The notes under the pieces are model-generated. The model had not been told where the DNA came from and searched no databases. It saw nothing but the letters and a program-made list of their open reading frames with translations. Shown piece by piece: positions 48,976 to 59,639 of a DNA stretch of 64,000 bases. Each line of letters begins with the position of its first letter. Positions within the stretch are counted from its first letter, which is position 1. The DNA comes from Thermoanaerobaculia bacterium. Lineage in GTDB: Bacteria; Acidobacteriota; Thermoanaerobaculia; Multivoradales; Multivoraceae. Made by a program: the position numbers and the translations under genes. The stretch covers positions 4,804,556 through 4,868,555 of the forward strand of contig OY761158.1 of the NCBI GenBank assembly GCA_963664405.1, written 5' to 3'.

Positions 48976-49257
48976 ATGGCGACCGAAACTCTTTCGCTGA
49001 CTGAGATGAGACCGCGCTTGTCAGAGCTCCTGGCCCGCGCCCACGAGCAATTCGACCGATTCGTGATCACCCGTAGGGGTCGAGCAGAGGCCGTTTTGCT
49101 CTCGGCCGAGGAGTTCGATGGACTCCTGGAGACCCTCGAGATCCTGTCGGACGAGAGCCTGGTCGGAAGACTCGTCGAGGCGGACGAAGAGATGTCCACA
49201 AGCGGTGGCTACTCCCTCGAGGAGGTACGGCAGGACCTGGCCAGTGGCCGAGGTTAG
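48976..49257 (+). CDS. Phd/YefM-family antitoxin
   Basis: MATETLSLTEMRPRLSELLARAHEQFDRFVITRRGRAEAVLLSAEEFDGLLETLEIL. Confidence 0.75.
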   Translation: MATETLSLTEMRPRLSELLARAHEQFDRFVITRRGRAEAVLLSAEEFDGLLETLEILSDESLVGRLVEADEEMSTSGGYSLEEVRQDLASGRG

Positions 49258-49504
49258 GCTGTCGAGCAACGCGCGGAAGAGCTACTTCAGGCTCGCTCGG
49301 AGCGACCGACGACTCTTCAAGAGGGTCGACCGTGCTCTCGAGCGTATCGGAGAGGAACCGGAGGCTGGGAAGCCACTGGCCGGCCCTCTTGCAGGTCACC
49401 GATCGTTTCGGGTGGGCTCGTTGCGCATCGTGTACCGCATCGAAGAACAACGGTTGCTCGTACTGGTGCTCGACATCGCCGAGCGAGGAGGCGTGTACCG
49501 TTGA
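49240..49504 (+). CDS. RelE/ParE-family toxin (GTG start overlapping the antitoxin 3' end)
   Basis: ...LAGPLAGHRSFRVGSLRIVYRIEEQRLLVLVLDIAERGGVY matches the RelE C-terminal pattern G.YR.RVGDYRIIY.I.D..L.V.V..I.HR. Confidence 0.65.
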
Positions 49505-49569
49505 GCCATTGGTATCGGAGGGCGTGAGCAGTGAGCGGAGCAAGTGACAGTAGGACTGAGGGAGAGGCT

Positions 49570-51033
49570 ATGAAACGGATCTGGTTCCTTTTGGGCGTTC
49601 TGAGTGTGGCTACGGCGGCTGGTGCCGATGGGGGCAAGGACTGCCGCAACCTATACCGGATGACGGACCTCAGTTATGCGGTCGAGCCGGGCCGCGTGAT
49701 TGGCGCCGAGGGCACAACACCCGCGCATTGCAGAGTGCGGGCTGTTGTAAACCGTGCGATCCAAGTCGAGGTGCGGATGCCAATCGAGGGTTGGAACGGC
49801 CGTTTCATGTTCTCGACGGTGGGCGGCTATGCCGGGACGATTGGCGATACCCGGAGCCTGTTGGGGCGCGGCTTCGCCATGGCGTCCACGGATACAGGGC
49901 ACACGACTGTCGACGCGGAATTCATGCTGCAACCGGAGGCGCTACTCGACTATGCCTATCGCGGCGTCCATCTGGCGACGGCGTTTGCGAAGACCACGAT
50001 CAAAACGTTCTACGGCGGCGAGATCGAATACTCCTACTTGAAGGGATGTTCGAATGGCGGGCGCGCGGCGCTGCTCGAAGCCATTCGCTTCCCCGACGAC
50101 TACGACGGGATCATCGCCGGCGCGCCGGCGTTCCGCTTCCAGGAGTTCATGCCTTGGATGATCGAGGTCGCACGCCGGCAGCAACGTCATCCTCTCGATG
50201 AGGATGCGCTCCAGGTGCTCGACGACGCATCCAGGGCCGCTTGCGACTCGCTTGATGGTGTGACGGACGGCGTGATCAACGATCCGCGTCACTGCAGCGA
50301 GGAGGTCTACGACATCGACGAGCTTGCGTGCCGCGTGGGTCAGACCGAGGGGTGCCTGAGCAAAGGCCAGATCGAGACGGCGCGGTTCATCTATCAAGAC
50401 CAGATCGATAGCGCGGGCGACATCGTCTCTCCCGGTGTACTGCCCGGCGCGGAGGGCGCGGGAGATTGGGCATTCTGGATGCTGCCCAACGCTCAGCGAC
50501 AGACCTCGGTGATCGACGCGCTGAGCGGCGGGCTCAAAAACTATCTGAAGGATCCCGAGTTCGATCTCGACGGTTTCGACACCGCTGACGATCGAGCGCT
50601 TCTCGATGACATGGCGTCCTACATGGATGTGCAAAGTGCGGACCTCACTGAGTTTCGAGAACACGGCGGCAAGTTATTGATGTATCAAGGTTGGAACGAC
50701 TGGCCGCTCCGGCCGCAGCGCGCGATCGAGTATCTTGCGGAGGCGCAGGCAGTACACGGTGGGCCGCGCGAAACGGCGGAGTTTTTCCGCCTCTTTATGG
50801 TGCCGGGGATAGTACATTGCTCGCGCGGTCCCGGGGCCTGGGTAACCGACTACGTCGATCCGCTCGTCAAGTGGCGCGAGGAAGGCCGCGTGCCGGAAAG
50901 TATTGTCGCGTCGCGTCCGGCGGGAGATGACGGGGGCGATAGCGGATTCACGCGGCCGCTCTGCACATATCCGAAGCTTGCGCAATACAAGGGAGGCGAC
51001 CTCGCGCATGCAGATAGTTACGAGTGTAATTAG
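49570..51033 (+). CDS. Secreted tannase/feruloyl-esterase-family alpha/beta hydrolase
   Basis: Signal peptide MKRIWFLLGVLSVATAAGA. Nucleophile elbow GCSNGGR. Confidence 0.65.
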   Translation: MKRIWFLLGVLSVATAAGADGGKDCRNLYRMTDLSYAVEPGRVIGAEGTTPAHCRVRAVVNRAIQVEVRMPIEGWNGRFMFSTVGGYAGTIGDTRSLLGRGFAMASTDTGHTTVDAEFMLQPEALLDYAYRGVHLATAFAKTTIKTFYGGEIEYSYLKGCSNGGRAALLEAIRFPDDYDGIIAGAPAFRFQEFMPWMIEVARRQQRHPLDEDALQVLDDASRAACDSLDGVTDGVINDPRHCSEEVYDIDELACRVGQTEGCLSKGQIETARFIYQDQIDSAGDIVSPGVLPGAEGAGDWAFWMLPNAQRQTSVIDALSGGLKNYLKDPEFDLDGFDTADDRALLDDMASYMDVQSADLTEFREHGGKLLMYQGWNDWPLRPQRAIEYLAEAQAVHGGPRETAEFFRLFMVPGIVHCSRGPGAWVTDYVDPLVKWREEGRVPESIVASRPAGDDGGDSGFTRPLCTYPKLAQYKGGDLAHADSYECN

Positions 51034-51416
51034 ACGAAATGGCGACACGAGACCTTAGCGAACGCTCTAGAATCCCGCAGTGTTTTCTGTGGTCACTGCT
51101 CGCCCTTGGGCTGTGTGACGAGGCCGATGCTGCGAGCGGTTTCTCCTGTACCGAGGTCCTTGGCTTCTCACAGTCGGTGGAGTGGTTCGGTGGGTTCTCT
51201 CTGGCCCGGCAGCCGCCGGCTGCCAAAGGTGCCACCCGTTTGTTGACCGGTCTTCGCTGAGTCCGCACCTGTACCTCTGTTACACATTTTGGACGGCCCT
51301 TGCTCGCGAACCGCGTAGACCGGAGTGCAAAGAGCACCAGTGTGCGCCCTCAGCACGGCTTGCCGAGTACCTGCGGAGACCAGCCGGCAGCCAGAGTCGG
51401 GTAAGGTACGGCGAAC

Positions 51417-52544
51417 ATGGACGACAGCGACCTCAAACCACTGAGCCGGGTCGCTACCGACAAGACCGGGCAAGAGGTTGTGGTCCGTACGATCTTGCTC
51501 CGCGACCTCACTCAAGAGGACCTGGAGCGTATGGTGGAGCTCCTGCAGGTGGTCTTCGACGGCTGGCCGGCCTTCGACCCGGGGGTAACGGCGGTTGACC
51601 ACCTTCGCTGGAAGATCGAGACCCCCTTCGCCGGCGTCGCCGCAATCGCGGCGGAGATCGAGGGGGAGCTGGTCGGCTCGGTCACGGTCTTTACACTGCG
51701 GGCGAAAGTCGGCGATCGCGAGTTCCCGCGAACGCGCAGCCTCGACTACGCCGTTCACCCCGACTTCCGCGGCAGGGGTATTGCCAGTGCCATCAGCCCG
51801 GTGATCCAAGACGCAGTGCCGTCACCAAGGCTGCGAATTTCGGAGACGCACAGCCAAGAGCTTCTTCATCTCTTGCACAAGAGCGGGGCTCAGGTTGTCG
51901 CCAATCCGGTGCGACCTCTCCGCTGTCAGCTGGGCATGCCCGACACCAAGACGAGGGAGACAACGAGCGGGCTTCTGATGGCGCTGGGAACCGCAGCGAT
52001 GGGGCTTGGCAATAGGCTTCGGTACCGCCGCCGCCATTCTTCGACTCCCAGACCCAAGACCCTGACCCGATTCGACGAGCGCTTCGATGTCTTCTGGGAG
52101 AGCGTTCGAGAGCAATTCGACGTCATCCTGGTCCGCACTCATGACTACCTCAACTGGCGTTACTGCGACCCGCGAGGGGGCGAATCCATCGTCCGTGTTG
52201 TCGAGAACCAGGACCGTGTGCTGGGCTACGCAGTGCTCAAGATGCAGGGTGCCGAGGCCGCGTTCGCCGACGTTCTCGTCCTACCAGAACGGCTCGACGT
52301 CGTTGACGCGCTGATCGCCGACGGGTTGGAGATACTGCGCGAAGACGGCGTGAAGAGCGTGATCTGCTGGCTACCCGAGCGTCATCCTTACCGTCACACC
52401 CTGCTCGGGCGCAGTTTCGTACAAGCCCGCCAAAGAGTCCTTCTGACGACTCGTCCGGGCTACCTTCCCGACGACGCGGATGCGATATTGAACCGACCAG
52501 AGCTACGCTTCCACTATTCGCTCGGGGACTCGGACTGGGTCTAG
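51417..52544 (+). CDS. GNAT-family N-acetyltransferase domain protein
   Basis: AVHPDFRGRGIASAI acetyl-CoA binding motif. Confidence 0.55.
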   Translation: MDDSDLKPLSRVATDKTGQEVVVRTILLRDLTQEDLERMVELLQVVFDGWPAFDPGVTAVDHLRWKIETPFAGVAAIAAEIEGELVGSVTVFTLRAKVGDREFPRTRSLDYAVHPDFRGRGIASAISPVIQDAVPSPRLRISETHSQELLHLLHKSGAQVVANPVRPLRCQLGMPDTKTRETTSGLLMALGTAAMGLGNRLRYRRRHSSTPRPKTLTRFDERFDVFWESVREQFDVILVRTHDYLNWRYCDPRGGESIVRVVENQDRVLGYAVLKMQGAEAAFADVLVLPERLDVVDALIADGLEILREDGVKSVICWLPERHPYRHTLLGRSFVQARQRVLLTTRPGYLPDDADAILNRPELRFHYSLGDSDWV

Positions 52545-52690
52545 GCCGAGTCGCTCGAACGCCCTTACCGAGGTGAGTTTGTGAGCATCATCAGACGCAT
52601 TACCGTCCAGGACCTACAGCTACGAGCTCGATGACTTCGGTTCGCCCATGGGAACCTACTCACTCGTCTGTCTCCTTGTCGTTTTCGCTT

Positions 52691-53785
52691 CTACTCGGGC
52701 CGACTGTTTCTCGGAATAAAGCCAAAGATGATGTCCGTGTTCGCCAGATAGCCGTCTTTACTCTGAATGAGCAGTTCTTGCTGTATCAACCAGTTCACGT
52801 CTCGGGTGACCGTCTTATCGGTCTTGTTTCGATACGCCTCTTCGATTCGGGGACTTACCGTCCTAATCCTGGCCTTCCTCACCGCCTCGCCCAGCCATGA
52901 GAGATCGAGCAGTAGGTCCCGCTTCCGTGTGTCAGATGGAGAGATCTTGTCCTCGAAGACTTCGTGCACGTAGTCCCGCCAAGCCAATCCGATCTGGTAG
53001 GCCTGCACCTCTCGCAACTGCCCTTGGAGTTGGTCGACGAGGCCCTCGACCGCGTACAGCAAAAACGGGACAACGTCCCCTCCTGACTCGCTGGCACGGG
53101 CAAGCTCCCGCAGGTATCGCTCTCTCGTCAGGTTGTAGTGATTGCTCAGAAGGTGGGCTGCTGGGGTAGGTGCGCCCGCACCGATGAGGATGAAGAACTC
53201 GATCAGTCGAGCCGTGCGCCCGTTGCCATCGCCGAAGGGGTGAATCCAGGCTATGTAGAGGTGGGCTAAGACGGCGCTGAGAATCCCAGACACCAGATCC
53301 TGAGGCTGTGCCAGCTCGTTCAGCCAGCTGCAAAGCTTCTCTACCAGATACGGGCAGTCTTGCCACGGCGCTCCGCGATAGCCCGAAACGACAACCGAGT
53401 GCTTGCAGTACTTTCCGGGCTCTACTTCTTCGCTTAGCTCCAGATCGCGAAGGACCTGGGCGTTGAACTCCCGGACGGCGTCGGGAGAAAGCGGCGATCG
53501 CGACTGGCCCACCAGGGCTACTAGTTCCTTGGCCAGCTCTGTACAGGCATACGCAATATTCTCCACCTCCTGCTTCAAGTAGGCCTGGGACGGAGGGAGG
53601 TCCAGCTCATTGGACAGGATCTTCTTGACCTGCTCCTCGTCGAGCGTATTGCCTTCGATGGCAGTGGAACCGCCAACGCCCTTCGCCAAATAAAGGAGGT
53701 GAAGCTGCTGAGCTTCAGACGGCTTCAGAGGAATCTGAGCTATCGCCTCACACTTGGCCTTCGCTTCCCCGAGAAGCATCCACAA
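52691..53785 (-). CDS. Fic/DOC-family protein
   Basis: Fic motif HPFGDGNGRTARL. Confidence 0.8.
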   Translation of the reverse strand: MWMLLGEAKAKCEAIAQIPLKPSEAQQLHLLYLAKGVGGSTAIEGNTLDEEQVKKILSNELDLPPSQAYLKQEVENIAYACTELAKELVALVGQSRSPLSPDAVREFNAQVLRDLELSEEVEPGKYCKHSVVVSGYRGAPWQDCPYLVEKLCSWLNELAQPQDLVSGILSAVLAHLYIAWIHPFGDGNGRTARLIEFFILIGAGAPTPAAHLLSNHYNLTRERYLRELARASESGGDVVPFLLYAVEGLVDQLQGQLREVQAYQIGLAWRDYVHEVFEDKISPSDTRKRDLLLDLSWLGEAVRKARIRTVSPRIEEAYRNKTDKTVTRDVNWLIQQELLIQSKDGYLANTDIIFGFIPRNSRPE

Positions 53786-53894
53786 CTTTCCGGGGAGGCT
53801 CCCAACATTCAGATGGAAGCTGATCCAGGGGTGTGTTCTCGCGTACTCGCGGTCAATATTTGCTGATAAATCTGACGTGTTATGTCCCTCCTAA

Positions 53895-54569
53895 GTGACT
53901 CCATTGGGAATAGATAGTATACACGGTAACCATCTCGATGTCCCCAAACCTGTTAGAAATCTGCGAAGGAATCTTGGGCCATCGTGGGCCATCGCGGACT
54001 CACCCCTTCGTTACCGGATCGCCCACGTTGAATTTGCTCACCCGGCCGGTTCTGCCATCGCAGGTCAAGAGGTACACGGTACGACCCCGGCAATCGGCGA
54101 ACAGACCTACAAGGGAGTCTTCGCCCTCACGATCGTCGCCTCCATCGTCATGATGGTGTTCGGGTGGCGAGCGATTACACCGACCGCCGTCTACAGAGCA
54201 TCCGCCTGGGGGTACGCCGCCGCCGAGCTGCTGGTGTTCGTCGCGCTGGTTCTCTTCGTGGCCTCAGGACTCCCCAGCAATCTCAAGCGAGCGGTTCGTC
54301 ATCCTCAGTTGAGCGGCCTCGTTGTGTGGAGCGGCGCTCATCTGCTCGCGAACGGAGATCGGCGCTCCTTGGTCCTCTTTGGGGGCCTCGGGTTGTGGGC
54401 CATCCTGGCGATGATGTTCACCAACCGCCGCGACGGTGCGTGGGAGAAACCGGAGCCCGTGCCGATGGCGAGCGAGCTCAAGCCTCTTCTGATAGCGGCC
54501 GGCTCCTGGGCGGCCCTCTTCTTCGTACACCCCTACTTCGCGGGCGTTTCCCTTTCCCTCGCCTGGTGA
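53895..54569 (+). CDS. NnrU-family membrane protein. The first ~65 codons do not look like NnrU (possible 5' disruption).
   Basis: RHPQLSGLVVWSGAHLLANGDRRSLVLFGGLGLWAI matches the NnrU HPMLxGVxLWAxxHLLANGD motif. Confidence 0.45.
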   Translation: MTPLGIDSIHGNHLDVPKPVRNLRRNLGPSWAIADSPLRYRIAHVEFAHPAGSAIAGQEVHGTTPAIGEQTYKGVFALTIVASIVMMVFGWRAITPTAVYRASAWGYAAAELLVFVALVLFVASGLPSNLKRAVRHPQLSGLVVWSGAHLLANGDRRSLVLFGGLGLWAILAMMFTNRRDGAWEKPEPVPMASELKPLLIAAGSWAALFFVHPYFAGVSLSLAW

Positions 54570-54609
54570 GCCTTCGGCTGGCAACGGGCACCTGCGACTA
54601 CGACCGTGG

Positions 54610-54770
54610 CCGCCGATGCCACAGGCGCCTTCAGCGCCAATGTTGGCGGGTGAGCATCTCGAGCTGCTCCTGCGCCTTCTCGAGCGGCAGGGGATCAAGG
54701 TCGATGATTCGAGCGGGCCTCCGGATTGGGATGGGGAGTCGTTCGATCTCGAGTGGGCGAGGTATTCACC
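54610..54770 (+). repeat. Third isolated copy of the DUF222-HNH gene 3' end, truncated before the stop
   Basis: GATGCCACAGGCGCCTTCAGCGCCAATGTTGGCGGGTGAGCATCTCGAGCTGCTCCTGCGCCTTCTCGAGCGGCAGGGGATCAAGGTCGATGATTCGAGCGGGCCTCCGGATTGGGATGGGGAG... Confidence 0.65.
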
Positions 54771-54868
54771 CTCGATTGCGTCTCTATCTACTGGAGATGG
54801 ACAGTCAAGGGGTGTGCAAGATGAGTCGTACTACGACCATGGTCTCAAGACCATGGTACGTTAGATGG

Positions 54869-55126
54869 ATGCAGACGATTGCGATCTCCAAGTTCAAGGC
54901 CCGGTGCCTGGCGATTCTCGAGGAGGTTCGCCGCACGGGGGAACCGGTGAGAGTCACGCGCTTCGGCAGGCCGGTGGCGGAGATCGTCCCACCCGTGCCG
55001 TCCGAGGACGAGGGGGAGTGGATGGGTCGCTGGCGTGCTGAGATGCGGATCGTGGGAGACGTCGTCTCGCCGGTGATCCCACCTGAGACCTGGGAGGCGT
55101 TGGGCGAGAAGCCTTCCGATCTATGA
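54869..55126 (+). CDS. Phd/YefM-type antitoxin (VapB-like) of the downstream VapC
   Basis: MQTIAISKFKARCLAILEEVRRTGEPVRVTRFGRPVAEIVP. ATGA overlap with vapC. Confidence 0.65.
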   Translation: MQTIAISKFKARCLAILEEVRRTGEPVRVTRFGRPVAEIVPPVPSEDEGEWMGRWRAEMRIVGDVVSPVIPPETWEALGEKPSDL

Positions 55127-55521
55127 GACTGCTTCTCGATACCCACGTCTGGATCTGGAGTCTGGTCGAGCCGGAGCAGCTGCGTGCGGAGACGCGATCC
55201 GCGCTCTCCGACCCCGCGTCTGAGCTCTACCTGTCTCCCATCTCGGTATGGGAGCTCTTGCTGCTCGTGGAGAGGGGGCGAATCGAGCTAGCCCAGGATC
55301 TAGAGCCGGAGCAGTGGGTGGCAAGCACGTTGGCGACGACTCCGTTGAGAGAGGCGCCGCTCACATGGAAGATCGCGAGTCGCAGCCGCTCACTCGACCT
55401 TGCCACCGACGATCCGGCCGATCGATTCCTCGCCGCGACGGCTGCCGAACGCAAGCTGACTCTGGTTACAGCCGATCGGCAGCTGCTCAGCTGCGCCGAG
55501 ATCTCGACCCTGCCGGCTTGA
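55123..55521 (+). CDS. vapC: VapC PIN-domain toxin
   Basis: MRLLLDTHVWIW...LSPISVWELL...ADRFLAATAAERKLTLVTAD. Confidence 0.8.
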   Translation: MRLLLDTHVWIWSLVEPEQLRAETRSALSDPASELYLSPISVWELLLLVERGRIELAQDLEPEQWVASTLATTPLREAPLTWKIASRSRSLDLATDDPADRFLAATAAERKLTLVTADRQLLSCAEISTLPA

Positions 55522-55597
55522 GCACCGCTGCGAGCGAGTCGGCGGGCCTGCCGCACGCGCGGCGTTGTTGACCGTGATCTATGATGCATGCTGACCA

Positions 55598-57226
55598 GTG
55601 GGGCTCAGACCGGCAGGGACTGTGATGAAGAAGGGGATCGTATCGACGCCGCAGCCCGAAGCAACTGAGGCCGGGATCGAGGCTTTGCGGCGTGGCGGCA
55701 ATGCGGTCGACGCGGCCATCGTAACGGCGCTCGTGCAGGGTGTTGTCGATCCCCAGATGTGCGGCATCGCCGGCTTCGGCAGCATGCAGATCTATCTCCC
55801 CAAAGCCGGCGTCCACACCTTCATCGACTTCCACGGCAAGACTCCCGCCGCGGCCACGCCGGAGATGTGGGAGGACCTGATCGTCGGCGAGGCGCGGGAC
55901 GGCTTCGGCTTCTTCTTGAAGGATCACGTCAACGACGTCGGCTATCAGTCGATCACCGTGCCGGGTAGTCTCAAGGCCTACTTCGAGGCGCAGACCGAGC
56001 ACGGCCGCATGGACTGGGCAGACGTGGTGGCACCGGCTATCGCTCATGCCGAGGCGGGCGTGATGATCCGCCCTCACATGCGGTTCTTCTGGACACACGA
56101 CGACCGCAGCGGGCGCGTGCTGACAGAGGAGCGCCTGCGCTTCACCGAAGCAGGGCGGCGCATCTACTTCCACCCCGACGGCCGCCTCAAGGGATTGGGC
56201 GACACATTGAAGAATCCCGAAATGGCGGCGGCTTTGCGGCGCATCGCCAAGGACGGAGCGGACGTGTTCTATCGCGGTGAGATCTCGGACGCCATCTCCG
56301 CCGACATGAAGGCCCACGGCGGGCTGCTCTCGGGCGAGGATCTCGCGACCTACGAGACGCGACGCGTCGACCCACTGTGGGGCGAGTTCCGCGGCTATCG
56401 GGTCGCCAGCAACCGGCCGCCCGGCGGTGGCGTAATGCTGATCGAGATGTTGCAGATCCTCGAGAACTTCGATCTCGAAGGCATGGGGCACAACAGCGTC
56501 GACTACGTCCGCACGCTGTGCGAGGCGATGAAGCGGGCGACCTCGGACAAGGACGAGCACGTCGGCGACCCCGACTTTGTCGACGTGCCGCTCGACCGGC
56601 TCACCGACAAGGCCTATGCTGCCGAGCTCGCGGCCAGCATCAAGGCGGGCGACGTGGCTTCGGTGGAGCGCTACTCGGCCGACGCGTCGCACACCACCCA
56701 CATCGCCATCGTCGATGCGGAGGGAAACGCGGTGTCGATGACCCACTCCCTGGGCATGCCTTCCGGGGTGATCACGGAGGGGCTGGGGTTCATGTACAAC
56801 GGCTGCATGGGGGTGTTCGATCCCCGCCCCGGTCGCGCCGGGTCGATCGCGCCGGGCAAGGCGCGGTTCAGCTCCATCTGCCCCACGATGGTCTTCGAGG
56901 GCGACGATCCGGTGCTGGTGATTGGCGCTCCCGGCGGCACCCAGATCGCCATGGGCGTCTTGCAGGCGACACTGAACGCACTCGAGTTCGACATGCCGAT
57001 CACCGACGCGATCATGGCACCGCGATTCTCCGCCACCAGCAATGCCATCGACGTCTCGAACCGGATCCCGCGATACGTGACGCGCGCGTTGGAGGCGCAG
57101 GGGTACGACATCGTGCGGAGCTATCTGAGCTACGGTTTCGCTGCCGTGCACGGGCTCAGACGGCAGAACGGAGAGTGGGCAGGGGCGGCGGACCCCGGCC
57201 ACGACGGCATGGCGTTGGCGGAGTGA
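55598..57226 (+). CDS. ggt: Gamma-glutamyltransferase
   Basis: GNAVDAAIVTALVQGVVDPQMCGIAGFGSM and catalytic Thr region SHTTHIAIVDAEGNAVSMTHSLG. Confidence 0.8.
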   Translation: MGLRPAGTVMKKGIVSTPQPEATEAGIEALRRGGNAVDAAIVTALVQGVVDPQMCGIAGFGSMQIYLPKAGVHTFIDFHGKTPAAATPEMWEDLIVGEARDGFGFFLKDHVNDVGYQSITVPGSLKAYFEAQTEHGRMDWADVVAPAIAHAEAGVMIRPHMRFFWTHDDRSGRVLTEERLRFTEAGRRIYFHPDGRLKGLGDTLKNPEMAAALRRIAKDGADVFYRGEISDAISADMKAHGGLLSGEDLATYETRRVDPLWGEFRGYRVASNRPPGGGVMLIEMLQILENFDLEGMGHNSVDYVRTLCEAMKRATSDKDEHVGDPDFVDVPLDRLTDKAYAAELAASIKAGDVASVERYSADASHTTHIAIVDAEGNAVSMTHSLGMPSGVITEGLGFMYNGCMGVFDPRPGRAGSIAPGKARFSSICPTMVFEGDDPVLVIGAPGGTQIAMGVLQATLNALEFDMPITDAIMAPRFSATSNAIDVSNRIPRYVTRALEAQGYDIVRSYLSYGFAAVHGLRRQNGEWAGAADPGHDGMALAE

Positions 57227-57265
57227 TCATCGGCGGCTGAGAGCCCTTCCCGGATCAACGCGACG

Positions 57266-58003
57266 TCAGTCTTGCGAGGCGAGTCTCTTCACCAGGCGAT
57301 AGAGGAACTCGTGCCCCTCGTAGAAAGACTCGACCAGCAGGCGCTCGTCCTGACCGTGGATGCGGATGTCGTTGCGATCGACGAAGAGGCCTGACACGCC
57401 GTAGGTGGGGATTCCGGCGTTGCGCATCTTGGCACCGTCGGTGGCGCCGGTCGTCATGGTCGGGAGAACGACGACGCCAGGCCACATCTCCTCGGTGGTG
57501 ATCTCGATGGCGCCGAGGATCTCGTCGGTCAGCGGGGAAGGATCGCTGGGTCTTCCGCCACCCTGAAAGGTGATCTCGATCTCGGGGTTGTCGACCGTGG
57601 AGATCAGCGCCTCGAGCACGTCGTGCGGGTCGGTGCCGGGCATCATGCGGCTGTTGACCACGGCCTGAGCGGTCTGCGGCAGGGCGTTGGGAGCGTGTCC
57701 TCCTTCGAGGATCGTGGGTACGACCGTGGTTCGCAACTGTGCGTTCAGCACCGGATCCGCCGCCAGACGCTCCAACGCCTCGGGGTCGGGCGGTTCTTCG
57801 AGGATCGCCCGGATGTCCTTACCCTTCTGCCCGGGTGTGATCTCGGCGAGACGCTCGAGTCCCAGGCGCATGACGGGATTCAGCTCCACCGGGAACGAGT
57901 ACTCCCGGATCGCAAGAAGTGCTGTGGCGAGGTCGTAGATGGCGTTGTCCCGGCGTGGTAGCGAGGAGTGCCCACCGAGCAGGACAAGCGCACCAGCCGT
58001 CAA
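57266..58003 (-). pseudogene. C-terminal half of an M20-family metallopeptidase. The N-terminal metal-binding half is absent.
   Basis: Dimerisation/C-terminal catalytic region with HGQDERL. Only 30 nt separate its first codon from the amidase stop, so no room for the missing ~200 aa. Confidence 0.45.
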
Positions 58004-58033
58004 CCGAGTGTCGGGGTCCAGGGTCTTTCGTCA

Positions 58034-59482
58034 TCACGACCTCCCGGCGATGAGACTCGGCACCAGCGTGTGCCATTCGGTCGCTTGCTCGTAGGTATTG
58101 CCGATCCGGCACAAGGTTGGCTCAGTGAGGCGATCGCCGAGAAGTTGAAGTGTGAGCGGCACTCCGTCGGGGTTGGTGCCGCAGGGGAGGGACACGGTGG
58201 GGGTACCTGCGAAATCGGACGGTGCGGTGAACTGGAGCTGAATGTGCTCCATCAACGGGCCGAAGCCGTCCATGCCGCCGTATTGCACCGCCTCGTCGGC
58301 GGGGAATGGCACGCCTCCACTGGGCCCCGCCACCGCATCGACCCCGGCAAGGGCGGAACGGAAGCGCTCGTTGAAGGCGGCCCGGCGCTCGCTCGCTGTC
58401 GCGTACGCCGCGTCGGTCACCGACGCTCCAACGGCGAGGAACTCACGGAAGTACTCACCATACTCGTCCGCCTGCGAAGGGTAGTGCTCGCCGTGGGCGG
58501 CGTGCGCCTCGCGGGAGCAGATGGTGAACCAGGCGTCGACGAGATCGGGCGGGAAGGCGGGCATCTCGACCTCGACCACCTCGGCACCCTCCTGCTCGAG
58601 GACGCCCAGCGCCTCCTCGATCGCGCTCACCAGGCCCGGATCGACGTCGGTGCTCGCCCAGGCGCGGTCGTAGCCGATGCGTGTCCCCCCGACACCGGAG
58701 TCGATGTGCTCGAGCAGATCGAAGACAGGGCCCGGCAACGACGTCGGATCCTCGGCGTCGGGGCCCGCAATCGCCTGCAGCACGGCGGCCGCGTCGCCCA
58801 CGCGCCGCGCCAGGGGACCGACGTGGTCGAGGCTCTCGGCAAGCGGCAGGACGCCATGTCGGCTGACGAGCCCATAGGTGGGCTTGAGGCCGACCACGCC
58901 GTTCGCCATGGCCGGATAGCGGATGGAGCCACCCGTATCGGTTCCGAGGGCGGCGAAGCAGAGGCCCGCCGCGGTCGCGACGCCTGCGCCGCTCGACGAC
59001 ACTCCTGCCCACAGGCGATCGTCCCAGGGGTTGCGGGGAACCGGAAAGCTGCGGTGGTAGCCGCCCATGGCACCCTCGGTCGTGGTCAGCTTGCCCAGAA
59101 GAACCGCCCCGGCCTGGGCCAGCTTCGCGACCACGGTAGCGTCGTGGTCCGGCACGAAGCTCCTCAGAAAGGCGTGACCGCCCATGGTGCGTGTGCCACG
59201 CGTGTAGCAGAGGTCCTTGACCGCGACGGGCATGCCGTGCAGTGGCCCGTGCCAGTCACCCGCGGCGATCTCCTCCTCCGCCCGGCGGGCCGCGGCCCGG
59301 GCCTCGTCCGCCATCACCGTGGCGTAGCTGTGCAGCGACGCGTCGACGGTGGAGAGGCGATCCAGCATGGTCTCCGTCAAGGAGACCGGCGAGAGCTCGC
59401 CCGACCTCAGGCGCTCGGCGGTGTCGAGGAGGCTCGCAAAGTGAAGTGGCGTCTCTCGCGATTCAGGACCTCTCTCGTTCAT
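58034..59482 (-). CDS. Amidase-signature-family amidase
   Basis: [32 protein letters not shown] (GGSS[GS]G motif). Confidence 0.8.
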   Translation of the reverse strand: [482 protein letters not shown]

Positions 59483-59639
59483 GCCTTCTCCTTGTCGGGT
59501 TCACTTGGCAATACCAGCGTGCTTTTCTGATCATCTCATCTGCGCCATTGGTGAAGATTTCTCGACTTTCTTCACCGCAACCCTTGACAGGTTTTTTCGA
59601 CCCCTTCTCTACGAATCGAGCGAAGAGAAAGTGGAGATT

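Noticed and set aside
55487-59530. Long antisense or alternate-frame ORFs (571 aa and 287 aa over ggt; 520 aa over the amidase)
   Set aside because: ggt and the amidase have unambiguous family signatures in the other strand or frame. These are GC-driven artefacts.
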